A stretch of DNA of 64,000 bases from an uncultured delta proteobacterium (GCA_963765675.1 CAVXXK010000001.1:2048001-2112000); one strand, 5' to 3'. Positions 50,538-59,145 are shown, counted from the stretch's first letter. The notes: generated from the letters alone by a model not told the origin. Translations and numbers: made by a program.

Positions 50538-50945
50538 TCAGCGCGGGCTCGATACAGTCATGATTGCCATCAGCGAGTTGCGGTCGCGTTCTTCCTGTAC
50601 GCGAGCCTGATACTCCGCGCGTTCGCCTGAAGTCAGGGTTTCTCTCAATCGGTCCCCGTGGTCTTGACACTCAAGAATCGTGCGATCGCGCTCATCAACG
50701 AGCATCTGAATCCGCGGGTCAGTCGAAGTCTCAGGAGTCCCGGCTATCTGCGCAGATTCATCATTGGTCCGTACCGTTATATCGTCGACGCAGCGCTTCT
50801 CGCCGTCGTCGATCTTCTGGATTGCCTGTTCCAGATGGTCGAAGCTCGGATCGGAGTCCGAGGTCATGGCTGGGCCGTTCGCGCATCCGGCGGTCACGAC
50901 AACGGCCAATAAGAGCATTTTCGTCGTGAGTCTCCGGCTGTTCAC
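50538..50945 (-). CDS. Hypothetical lipoprotein
   Basis: Lipobox TAGC, helical body with two further Cys. Confidence 0.6.
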   Translation of the reverse strand: MNSRRLTTKMLLLAVVVTAGCANGPAMTSDSDPSFDHLEQAIQKIDDGEKRCVDDITVRTNDESAQIAGTPETSTDPRIQMLVDERDRTILECQDHGDRLRETLTSGERAEYQARVQEERDRNSLMAIMTVSSPR

Positions 50946-50970
50946 TGATCTTATCTCTAACTTCCCTTCT

Positions 50971-51519
50971 CTAATGCGTCACGGGGGAGTTGGCAGTCGC
51001 CGACTTTGGCGGCAGCAGTGGCAGCACCAGGTCCTCGAGAGCCTTCTCCGTCACCGGATTCTCATCCGGGGTGAGTTTCGCGCGAACGATACCTTGGGCA
51101 TCGACGACGTATGTCACCGGCAGTTCACTGGGATCGCCGAAACCATTGTCGTTGGCGTCGTCCAACATCGCGGCCGGGTAGCTGAACGATTGCATCACCT
51201 TTATCACATCGGACCGATCATGCGGCCGATCGGCACTCAAACCGATCATTTCCAGTCCTCGATCGTGGTAAAGCCGGTAGACGGCATCCAGCGCTGGCAT
51301 TTCCTTGCGACACGGCGGACACCACGTTGCCCAGAAGTTGACGACTACGACCTTGCCGCGGTCCTGCGCCAGATCGAAGGACTTGCCGCCCAGTTGCTTG
51401 ACGAGTAGTGAAGGCGCTGGCTGGCCGATTTCAGCCCGCGCGAACGCCGAACCCGCGCTGCAGAAGACAGCGGCGATACCAGCACCGAACGCGACCACCC
51501 ATAACACGTTTCGACTCAA
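50971..51519 (-). CDS. TlpA-like thiol:disulfide oxidoreductase
   Basis: VNFWATWCPPCRKEMP, LPVTYVVD; signal peptide; AAGGAG RBS. Confidence 0.92.
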   Translation of the reverse strand: MSRNVLWVVAFGAGIAAVFCSAGSAFARAEIGQPAPSLLVKQLGGKSFDLAQDRGKVVVVNFWATWCPPCRKEMPALDAVYRLYHDRGLEMIGLSADRPHDRSDVIKVMQSFSYPAAMLDDANDNGFGDPSELPVTYVVDAQGIVRAKLTPDENPVTEKALEDLVLPLLPPKSATANSPVTH

Positions 51520-51531
51520 GATATCGCTCCT

Positions 51532-52548
51532 TCAGAAGTTGTAGCTCGCGATCATCTTGGTCGCGTATGGCGCGGTTAGCTGATAACCCTTCATGTTCTG
51601 AAAAATTGGAACCTCGATGTCTGCGTAGAGTCCCGGGTCGATCCCGAGTTTCGAACGCCGCCCGGAGCGACGTCAGCGTGTCGTAGCCGGAGGCTGCGGG
51701 ATTCGCGTTCGCCGCGTATCCCGCGCCCGGTCGAGGCCGAGAAAAGAAAATATCGGAGCGAGTTCATTGAGCGGACCAACTTTGCCGAAGTTGTAATAGG
51801 CGCCGAGCGACCATCGAATTCGGGGCCGGGTTTGTAGTGGTCCTGGTACGCGAACGGCAGATCGTACTGCCCCTGACAATAGCAGTTCACTGGACGGTCC
51901 AGCAGGTCAACGGCAAGGTTCCCGGCTCTCCGGTAACGCCCGATGTGATAACCGCCTAGCAGCAGGTCCGTGCTGCCGGTCCCGATTTGCGTGTCGCGGT
52001 CGAAGGGCGGATAATGCCAATCACCGCTCGGCAGCTTGAAGCCACCGATAAGCCCGGTTGACATGTCTTCAGACCATCCGGTCCAGAGACCCATTATCCG
52101 GATGTCGCCGATCGAATTCATTCGAACGAATTGATGTCCGCATTGTTGCCGGAGTAAGCGCCCGTATAATTTCTCTGCCAATAGGGCACCTCGAGCATCA
52201 CGCCCCAACTCCGATTGAACATGTATTGTCCGCCGGCGGTGACGAAGTTGGTTTCCAGATACTTGTCATTGTTCTGCCCGCTGGAGCCTGGCTGGCTCGC
52301 GTGGAATTTATCTTCTGGTCCATATAGTCATACTTGGTCCACACTATCCCTCCGGCCCCGGTAGGGAGTAGTGCGTGGGTTGATACCTCAAACACGCCAC
52401 ATCCACAGGCGCACGCCCACACCACCCCGGGCGCCATCATTACGACAAACCCGGCTACGAGTACCACGCGTTCGGCGATGCGAGAGGACAGCCAACAAGT
52501 GCGACTGTCCTCTGGTGACGAAACCAAATTGTCCGCAAACGGTCCCAT
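51532..52548 (-). pseudogene. Outer-membrane beta-barrel-type protein with N-terminal CACGCG, at least 5 frameshifts
   Basis: Fragments join as CACGCGVFEV / NNDKYLETNF..YMFNRSWG / GDIRIMG..GFKLPSG..DRDTQIGTGSTD / LYADIEVP..YQLTAP..IASYNF* (terminal Phe). Confidence 0.8.
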
Positions 52549-52655
52549 AAGATTTCTGCCTCGGCGGCACGCATCGCCCCAAAAAGAACCGACCCCACAC
52601 GACGCTCGGAGCGTCGGAAGTCAAGTGAAGAAATTTGTCGTTGCTGAAAGGGCTC

Positions 52656-52961
52656 TTAGACGAACGGTTCTGGGGGCGGGGTATCAGGGACAACCTTACA
52701 CTCGATTATCGGGGCGATCAGCTTAATTGTGACTGAACCCGAAAACTCGAGAACGAACCCAGGCGAATGCATCGCCGGGCGGGCAAACAAGGTATTGGAC
52801 ACGCGATCGAACATTTGAATCGGGCGGCAGATGTTTACAGTCAGCTCGGGCTGATTGGGACTGAAGACAATCACAACGCCGGCGGACAACGGAACGCTGC
52901 CCAATAACACCATCAGCGCGAGCATCGAACTCAGCGCCCGCCAGTCTGATTTTGAAAGCAA
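52656..52961 (-). CDS. Small membrane-targeted ORF, DUF2946-like leader candidate
   Basis: N-terminal hydrophobic segment, two Cys, C-terminal PDTPPPEPFV; directly upstream of the CxCxC gene. Confidence 0.55.
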   Translation of the reverse strand: MLSKSDWRALSSMLALMVLLGSVPLSAGVVIVFSPNQPELTVNICRPIQMFDRVSNTLFARPAMHSPGFVLEFSGSVTIKLIAPIIECKVVPDTPPPEPFV

Positions 52962-53220
52962 GTACCTGATAGCGAGTCTCTGTTTTTACTTCCTGATTGT
53001 CGTTTCTCGTATAGACCGAACGGTCGCCCGGCGCAAGGTTCGCCGCCACAGATTCCCGAGGTCGTAAGCGGGAACGCTTAACCACATCCGAACCTGCTCG
53101 CGGATGCGGGTGCGGCCAAGCTGCGTCAGCTTCAGGTTTCAAGCCGCCAGCGCACTCAACTTCGCCGGGGTTTATCGCGCGGGCCGGACTCCGTATGATC
53201 TGGCGGACTGGGGACCTGCG

Positions 53221-54159
53221 ATGATTATCGTTACCGGGGCTGCTGGATTTATCGGGAGCAATTTGCTCCGCGCGCTGAACCAGCGTGGCGACACCGATAT
53301 TCTGGTGGTTGATCGGCTGGGCACGAATTTCCGCAACTTGAGCGACCTGCGCTTCTCCGACTTCATGGAACCCGAGGCGCTGCTCGGCGCGATCGGGCGT
53401 GACGCGATGCCGTCCGCGGTCGAGGCGATTTTCCATCAGGGCGCGTGCGCCGATACTACCGAGTCCGACGGCCGCTACATGATGGAAAATAACTTCGCGT
53501 TCTCCCGCGAGCTGCTGCGCTTCGCACTCTCTCGCCGGGTCCCGATCGTGTACGCGTCGAGCGCCGCGGTCTACGGGTCCAATCGCGTGACGCTTGCCGA
53601 GCCCGCGAACGAACGGCCGCTCAATCTCTACGCGCTCTCGAAGCTCGCGTTCGATAATCACGTCCGTCACGCTGCGAAGAGCGCCACCAGCACCGTCGTG
53701 GGCCTGCGCTATTTCAACGTCTACGGTCCGCGCGAGGCGCATAAGGGCAACATGGCCTCGATGGCGTATCAGCTCTTCCGCCAGCTTCGCGAAACCGATA
53801 TCGCGCGCCTGTTTGTCGGCACCGACGGCTTCGGCGATGGCGAGCAGCGCCGCGATTTCGTATTCGTCGAGGATGTCGTCAAAGTAAATCTGTATTTTGC
53901 GGCCGCGTCCGCGCGCCGGGAGATCATCAACGTCGGCACGGGAGCAAGCAGAAGCTTCAACGAGCTGGCGCGAATCCTGATCGATCTTCGCGGCCGCCGC
54001 CACGGCGAGATCGAATACGTGCCGTTCGACGAGCGCCTGAAGGGAAAATACCAAAGCTTCACCCAGGCCGACCTCACCGCGCTAAGGGCGGCAGGCTACA
54101 CGGCAGAGTTTACCCCGCTCGAGCAGGGCCTCGCGCAATCGCTCCCCGCGTGGGAGTAA
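53221..54159 (+). CDS. hldD: ADP-L-glycero-D-manno-heptose 6-epimerase
   Basis: MIIVTGAAGFIGSN, HQGAC, YASSAAVYG, YFNVYGPREAHKG.MAS, KYQSFTQAD. Confidence 0.95.
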   Translation: MIIVTGAAGFIGSNLLRALNQRGDTDILVVDRLGTNFRNLSDLRFSDFMEPEALLGAIGRDAMPSAVEAIFHQGACADTTESDGRYMMENNFAFSRELLRFALSRRVPIVYASSAAVYGSNRVTLAEPANERPLNLYALSKLAFDNHVRHAAKSATSTVVGLRYFNVYGPREAHKGNMASMAYQLFRQLRETDIARLFVGTDGFGDGEQRRDFVFVEDVVKVNLYFAAASARREIINVGTGASRSFNELARILIDLRGRRHGEIEYVPFDERLKGKYQSFTQADLTALRAAGYTAEFTPLEQGLAQSLPAWE

Positions 54160-54201
54160 TTGTCCCCGACGCGCGGCGCTTTACCGCGACTTGAAATTAA
54201 T

Positions 54202-54231
54202 CTACGTTTACGTAGGAACGGATACGTAAAC
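54202..54231. promoter_or_regulatory. Putative autoregulatory operator of the TA module
   Basis: GTTTACGTA-N8-TACGTAAAC plus overlapping CTACGT-TT-ACGTAG; TTGAAA at 54191-54196. Confidence 0.65.
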
Positions 54232-54234
54232 ATC

Positions 54235-54495
54235 ATGCAGATCTCAGCAGAAATTTCAGCGGGAACCAGGCTGCTGCTCGAACGCTATTCACGGGCTCAC
54301 GGCGTCAAGAAGCAATTCCTGATCGAGAACGCGGTCCTCCATCATATTCACGCGCTGGAGAACCTCCCCGCCGGTGTTATCATCCCGCCGCGTCTGGTTG
54401 TCAGCACGGCTAGCGGGCGCAAGATTGTCGAGTTGCTCACCAAGCGGAGAAAGCCGACCCGGAAACTAATCGAGTTGATCCGCGGTGGCGATTGA
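54235..54495 (+). CDS. Putative RHH-type antitoxin (TacA/DUF1778-like)
   Basis: 86 aa, N-terminal QISAEIS strand plus helices, C-terminal PTRKLIEL; overlaps the GNAT gene. Confidence 0.7.
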   Translation: MQISAEISAGTRLLLERYSRAHGVKKQFLIENAVLHHIHALENLPAGVIIPPRLVVSTASGRKIVELLTKRRKPTRKLIELIRGGD

Positions 54496-55021
54496 GGTTC
54501 GCCTGCTTCGCGAGGACGATGACTGTTCGTCTTTCCATTGCGGTGACGACCAGCTCGACCTCTTCTTTCGCCGCTACGCCGGACAGAACCAATTCCGCCA
54601 TCATATCGGCATCACATACGTCGCCGTCGATGATGGAGCGATCTGCGGCTTTGCAACCGTGGCCGCCGGGCACATCGAGATCGAGAGCATTCCCGCCGCG
54701 CTTCGCAAGAAGCTCCCGAACTATCCCCTCCCTATTCTTCGGCTCGCTCGGCTTGCCGTGAACATCGGTGCACAGGGCGGCGGTGTTGGCGAACAGCTGA
54801 TGCGCGCTGTGTTTCTCGCTGCGCTCGAAATGCGCGAGAAGATGGGATGCGTCGGAGTGGTGGTCGACGCGAAACTTGGCGCGGTGCCTTACGATTCGCG
54901 CTTTGGATTCGTCGCACTAGAAGCGATCGAGGGAATCCTCGAAGAGCGGCCTTCGCCGACGCCGATGTTTCTTCCCCTAAGAGACATCGAGCAGGCGTTG
55001 TCTGCCAGGCGCTCGCGCTAG
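54485..55021 (+). CDS. GNAT acetyltransferase toxin (TacT/AtaT-like)
   Basis: FHCGDDQLD, P.P.LRLARLAV, QGGGVG, VVVDAK, FGF, MFL. Confidence 0.85.
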   Translation: MAIEVRLLREDDDCSSFHCGDDQLDLFFRRYAGQNQFRHHIGITYVAVDDGAICGFATVAAGHIEIESIPAALRKKLPNYPLPILRLARLAVNIGAQGGGVGEQLMRAVFLAALEMREKMGCVGVVVDAKLGAVPYDSRFGFVALEAIEGILEERPSPTPMFLPLRDIEQALSARRSR

Positions 55022-55638
55022 CTGGCGCGGTTGATGTCGCTTACGATCGTTTGCGCGCTTACTTCCAGGCCGTTGTATTGGCGCAACTGGCGGCCGCTTG
55101 GGCCGAGCAGAAATGCGGCCGTCATGTGCATGATCGAGCCGTCGGAACCTTGGCCGATCTTCAGTCCGTAGATCCCGAGTACCTGCGCGATCTGTGCGGG
55201 CGTGCCGGTCAAAAAAATCCATCCCGGGTCGCTTGCTCCCATCCGATCCGCGTACTTGGCGAGTTCGGGAGGGCCGTCGTGCGCCGGATCGATCGTGAAC
55301 GAAACGATCTTCACTTTAGTGCCGAGTGCGGGGCCCAAGAGCTTCGCGACCGCCGCCATCTTTTGTGTCAGGAGCGGGCAGGTCGAGGTGCAGGTGGTGT
55401 AAATGAAATCGACCAGCACCGGAGTTCCGCGCAGCGAATCGAGCGGAATCCGCTTCCCGGATTGATCGACCAGCGCCAGATTATCCGGCAGGCACTGCGC
55501 TTGATTGACCGCCGGATAGGAACCAGGCGCCTCGCCGCGAGAGCATCCGGCGCTTGCCAGCAATATCGGTGCGAGCATAGCGGCCAAGATACACGCGAAA
55601 ATTCGCGCGCGCGCGACCGATTTGTCTAAACGATACAT
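55018..55638 (-). CDS. SCO/SenC copper chaperone (lipoprotein)
   Basis: FIYTTCTSTCP (CxxxC), DPAHD, WIFLTG, conserved His in IMH. Confidence 0.92.
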   Translation of the reverse strand: MYRLDKSVARARIFACILAAMLAPILLASAGCSRGEAPGSYPAVNQAQCLPDNLALVDQSGKRIPLDSLRGTPVLVDFIYTTCTSTCPLLTQKMAAVAKLLGPALGTKVKIVSFTIDPAHDGPPELAKYADRMGASDPGWIFLTGTPAQIAQVLGIYGLKIGQGSDGSIMHMTAAFLLGPSGRQLRQYNGLEVSAQTIVSDINRAS

Positions 55639-55655
55639 CTTTCTCGGGTCAGCGC

Positions 55656-56123
55656 CTAAAACAAATAGCGGCCCGATTCGAGGTCGGAGGTCTTGATCGT
55701 CACGGTCGCGCCGTTGTCCTGATGCGGCAGGCTTGCGGGAACGCACGAGGCTTTGCCTTCGGTCATGTGGTTCATCGGGTAATGATTTCCGCACACGCGG
55801 CAGATGAGTTCGCCGTCCGAGACCTTGAAGCCGCGGTGGTATGTAAAGCACTGTCGGCACGCGTCGAACACGGAACGCACTTTTCCGTCGCTTCCGCGCG
55901 CCAGAATGAAGCGCAGCCTCCTACCCGCCGAGTCGGTGTAACAATAGCTCTGCGCCCTGCCGCGCAGCAGACTCGCGACGCTGATGGTGACAGCGCGGTC
56001 GCCCGAGACCTGAACGCAGCTCGCGCGCGTGATGTGAATCATCCATCCCGCCGCGAGGATTGCGACACAGGCGCCGAGAATTATTATTTTATTTCTGCCG
56101 AGCCGCATTGAATCGCTCACCAA
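55656..56123 (-). CDS. DUF2318-like Cys-rich (Fe-S) membrane-anchored protein
   Basis: FDACRQC...GF....CRVCG...C.P. Confidence 0.8.
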   Translation of the reverse strand: MVSDSMRLGRNKIIILGACVAILAAGWMIHITRASCVQVSGDRAVTISVASLLRGRAQSYCYTDSAGRRLRFILARGSDGKVRSVFDACRQCFTYHRGFKVSDGELICRVCGNHYPMNHMTEGKASCVPASLPHQDNGATVTIKTSDLESGRYLF

Positions 56124-56147
56124 GACTTGCGCGGTGTAAGCGAAGGG

Positions 56148-57113
56148 TCAACCCCCGGCCTCGCGATGGCTGTTTTCCTCGACGATCATTTCGCGTTTGA
56201 TTCGCTCGCTCAGCTCCATCACGCGCAAGCCGTCTTCGGCCGTGACCGCGGGAATCCCTCGCGTGCGGACAGCGGTGACGAACGCGGCGACTTCATCGGC
56301 CAGTGGGTCGCCGCTTTCGAGATCAATCTGGTCGGCGGAGATGATCGGAAATTTCGCACCCGGCGGCGGCGGGCTCTTGCGATAAACCTGCACCCGGCGC
56401 GCCTCGTAGTCGACCGAGATGTACGCGTCGGGCTGGAAGAAGCGGATCTTGCGCTCGCGTTTTGGCGCGACCCGGCTCGTGCTGATATTCGCGATAAGCC
56501 CGCTCTTGAAGCGGATACGAGTGTTGGCGAGATCGATCGAATCGGTCAGAATCGCGACCCCCACCGCCTCCACTGAGACCACTTCCGACGGCGCCAGCGA
56601 CAGGATCACGTCCAGGTCGTGCACCATCAGGTCGAGGATCACGTCCACGTCGGTGCCGCGTTCGGTGAACGGCGCCAGCCGATGGCATTCGACGAAACGT
56701 GGATGCGAAATTATCGAGCGCAGCCGCACAATTGCGGGGTTGAAGCGTTCGAGATGGCCGATCTGGAGCACGCGTCCAGACTCCGTGCCCAACGCGGCCA
56801 GCTCGAATGCTTCATCCAGCGTTGTCGCCATCGGTTTTTCCAGCAGCACGTCGATTCCCGCGCGCAGCATCGCGGATGCGATCTCGAAGTGCGTGCTGCC
56901 CGGTGCGGCCACCGTGACCAGATCGACCGTGCCCGCCAGATCGCGAAAATCCGTCATCGCGACGGCGCCAGTCTCGGCAGCGAGTTTCTCCGCCGCCGCG
57001 CGATCGATATCAACAATCGCCGCGACGCGAACCCCTTCTTGCGCCGCATATTTGCGCGCGTGCAGGGTGCCGAGCCGCCCCGCGCCAATCACCGCGGCGC
57101 GCAGCTCAGACAT
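56148..57113 (-). CDS. Gfo/Idh/MocA oxidoreductase, GnnA-like UDP-GlcNAc 3-dehydrogenase
   Basis: GAGRLG, EKP, GHLERFNPA, DVILDLMVHDLD; in the lpxA-lpxI operon. Confidence 0.85.
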   Translation of the reverse strand: MSELRAAVIGAGRLGTLHARKYAAQEGVRVAAIVDIDRAAAEKLAAETGAVAMTDFRDLAGTVDLVTVAAPGSTHFEIASAMLRAGIDVLLEKPMATTLDEAFELAALGTESGRVLQIGHLERFNPAIVRLRSIISHPRFVECHRLAPFTERGTDVDVILDLMVHDLDVILSLAPSEVVSVEAVGVAILTDSIDLANTRIRFKSGLIANISTSRVAPKRERKIRFFQPDAYISVDYEARRVQVYRKSPPPPGAKFPIISADQIDLESGDPLADEVAAFVTAVRTRGIPAVTAEDGLRVMELSERIKREMIVEENSHREAGG

Positions 57114-57909
57114 GGCCGTACACCGAAACTTTGGACTGCGCCGCAAGCTGCATCGTGCGCTCGCGCTCGAGCACCAGGGTGACGCCCGCTTCGACCCCCA
57201 GCATCGCGGCACCGATCTCCGCAACCAGCGCGATCGTCTCCGGCCCGATCGCAGGGCGGTCGAAACGCAAATCCTGCCCCGGCTTGGCCGCCTTGGCGAT
57301 TATCAGCCGCGGTCCGACCAGCGATGCAGCGCGACGAAGCGCGGCGTCAGTGCCCTCGACCGCTTCGACCGCGCCGACAATTCCGTCGCGCACTGCCACG
57401 GTCTGACCGATATCGAAACTGCCGAGTTGGCGCGCGACCGCGAAGGCGAGATCGAGATCGCGAAGCTGGCCTTCAGATGGTTCCGGTCCTGCGGCGAGGC
57501 CTGGATGCGCGAGGCAATTTTCCACCATCGGAACCGGGTCGATCACTGCGATTCCTTCGGCCTCGATTTCTCCCGCCACGCCGCGCAGCACGGCGTCGTC
57601 GCTCATGCGGCCCAATCCGGATAGCATTTTGATCGCGCGCGCGTCTGGAGCGAAGGAATCCTTCAGACGCTCGCGCGAGATTCCGCCCGCCATCGCTACC
57701 TCGCTCAAGTCCGCGCGGCGAAAAACCTCGATCATCTTTTCGAGTTCGCCGACCTTGATCCATGTGATCTGATCGACGCGGGATTCCAGTTCCGGACGGG
57801 TCTCTCTCAGATGCGCGATCGCGATCACCCGGATTCCGCGGCGGTGCGCCGCATCTGCGACTTCGAGCGGAAATACTCCGTTGCCGGCGATGAGTCCGAG
57901 ACTATTCAC
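57106..57909 (-). CDS. lpxI: UDP-2,3-diacylglucosamine diphosphatase
   Basis: GLIAGNG.FP, DIGQTV, AVEAVEGTD, KPGQDLRFD.P.IG. Confidence 0.92.
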   Translation of the reverse strand: MNSLGLIAGNGVFPLEVADAAHRRGIRVIAIAHLRETRPELESRVDQITWIKVGELEKMIEVFRRADLSEVAMAGGISRERLKDSFAPDARAIKMLSGLGRMSDDAVLRGVAGEIEAEGIAVIDPVPMVENCLAHPGLAAGPEPSEGQLRDLDLAFAVARQLGSFDIGQTVAVRDGIVGAVEAVEGTDAALRRAASLVGPRLIIAKAAKPGQDLRFDRPAIGPETIALVAEIGAAMLGVEAGVTLVLERERTMQLAAQSKVSVYGHV

Positions 57910-58693
57910 GCTCGCGGCCGACCACGCCCCGCTCGGACGCGGCAATAAAATCGACCAAGCGGCGAACCTCGGGAACGCCGTCGTGTTGTTTCAAAACTTG
58001 AGCGATCGCGTCTTCGCGCAGCAGCCCGGAATAAAAGAGCGTGCGGATGGCGGCTTTAAGCGCGGTAATAGTTTCGGCCGGAAAGCCGCGGCGTTGCAGG
58101 CCAATCACGTTGATTCCGACCAGCCGCGCCCTGTCACCCGCGACCATCGTGTAGGGCGGCACATCCTGCGCCGCCTTCGCGCCCGCGGCGAGGATCGAAT
58201 GCGCGCCGACGCGGCAGAACTGATGCACCCCGCACATCCCTTCGATATTTACCCATTCCTCGATCACGCAGTGTCCGGCAAGTTGGGTCGAATTGACCAG
58301 GATGCAATGGTCGCCGATCTGGCAGTCATGCGCGACGTGCACGTACGGCATCACCAGCGTGTGATTAGCGATCCGCGTGACCATCCCGCCGACTTCCGTC
58401 CCGCGATGAATCGAGGTGAATTCGCGAAAGATGTTGTCGTCGCCGATCTCGAGAGTCGAGGGCTCACCGCGAAATTTAAGATCGGGAGTTGCGAGCCCAA
58501 TCGCCGCGAAAGGGAAGAAGCGGTTGCGCTTGCCGATGATAGTATTGCTCTCGATCAGCGCGTGCGCGTCGATTACGGTCTTGGCGCCGACACGGACCTT
58601 GGGCCCGATAACCGCGCCGGGACCCACTTCCACCGTCGAATCGAGTTCCGCGCTCGCGTCGATTACGGCGGAAGGATGAATTCGGCCGGCTAT
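57902..58693 (-). CDS. lpxA: UDP-N-acetylglucosamine acyltransferase; start codon apparently ATA
   Basis: IHPSAVID hexapeptide repeats, PDLKF.GE, HVAHDC, VHQF, QDVPPY. Confidence 0.95.
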   Translation of the reverse strand: MAGRIHPSAVIDASAELDSTVEVGPGAVIGPKVRVGAKTVIDAHALIESNTIIGKRNRFFPFAAIGLATPDLKFRGEPSTLEIGDDNIFREFTSIHRGTEVGGMVTRIANHTLVMPYVHVAHDCQIGDHCILVNSTQLAGHCVIEEWVNIEGMCGVHQFCRVGAHSILAAGAKAAQDVPPYTMVAGDRARLVGINVIGLQRRGFPAETITALKAAIRTLFYSGLLREDAIAQVLKQHDGVPEVRRLVDFIAASERGVVGRERE

Positions 58694-59145
58694 TTTACTT
58701 GCTCCTGGACTTCCATCGCGGATAGCTCCGCTTCGGCAGCCATTTCGTCGCCGACCCGCGCGATCGCGTGCATCCGCCATAGCGGGCGGCGGTACTTGAT
58801 GATCGTCACTTCGAGTTTGAGCGCATCGCCCGGCACGACGCGGCGGCGAATCCGCACCTTGTCGAGCCCGGTCAGCATGAACAGGCGGCCAGGGTCGGCG
58901 CCCAATTGGCTGAGCGCCAGCATCGCACCCGATTGCGCCATCGCCTCGACGATCAGGACGCCGGGCATGACCGGATAGTCGGGAAAGTGGCCCTGGAAGA
59001 ACGGCTCGTTGAAGGTGACGTTCTTGAGCGTGAGGATTCGCCCCTCGCCGATTTCGAGGATCCGGTCGACCAGCAGGAACGGGTAGCGATGCGGCAGGCA
59101 GTCGAGGACCCGCTTAAGCTCGCTCATTTTTTCGTCCGCAGCCAT
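58690..59145 (-). CDS. fabZ: 3-hydroxyacyl-ACP dehydratase
   Basis: LPHRYPFLLVD, NEPFFQGHFP..PVMPGVLIVEAMAQ. Confidence 0.96.
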   Translation of the reverse strand: MAADEKMSELKRVLDCLPHRYPFLLVDRILEIGEGRILTLKNVTFNEPFFQGHFPDYPVMPGVLIVEAMAQSGAMLALSQLGADPGRLFMLTGLDKVRIRRRVVPGDALKLEVTIIKYRRPLWRMHAIARVGDEMAAEAELSAMEVQEQVK

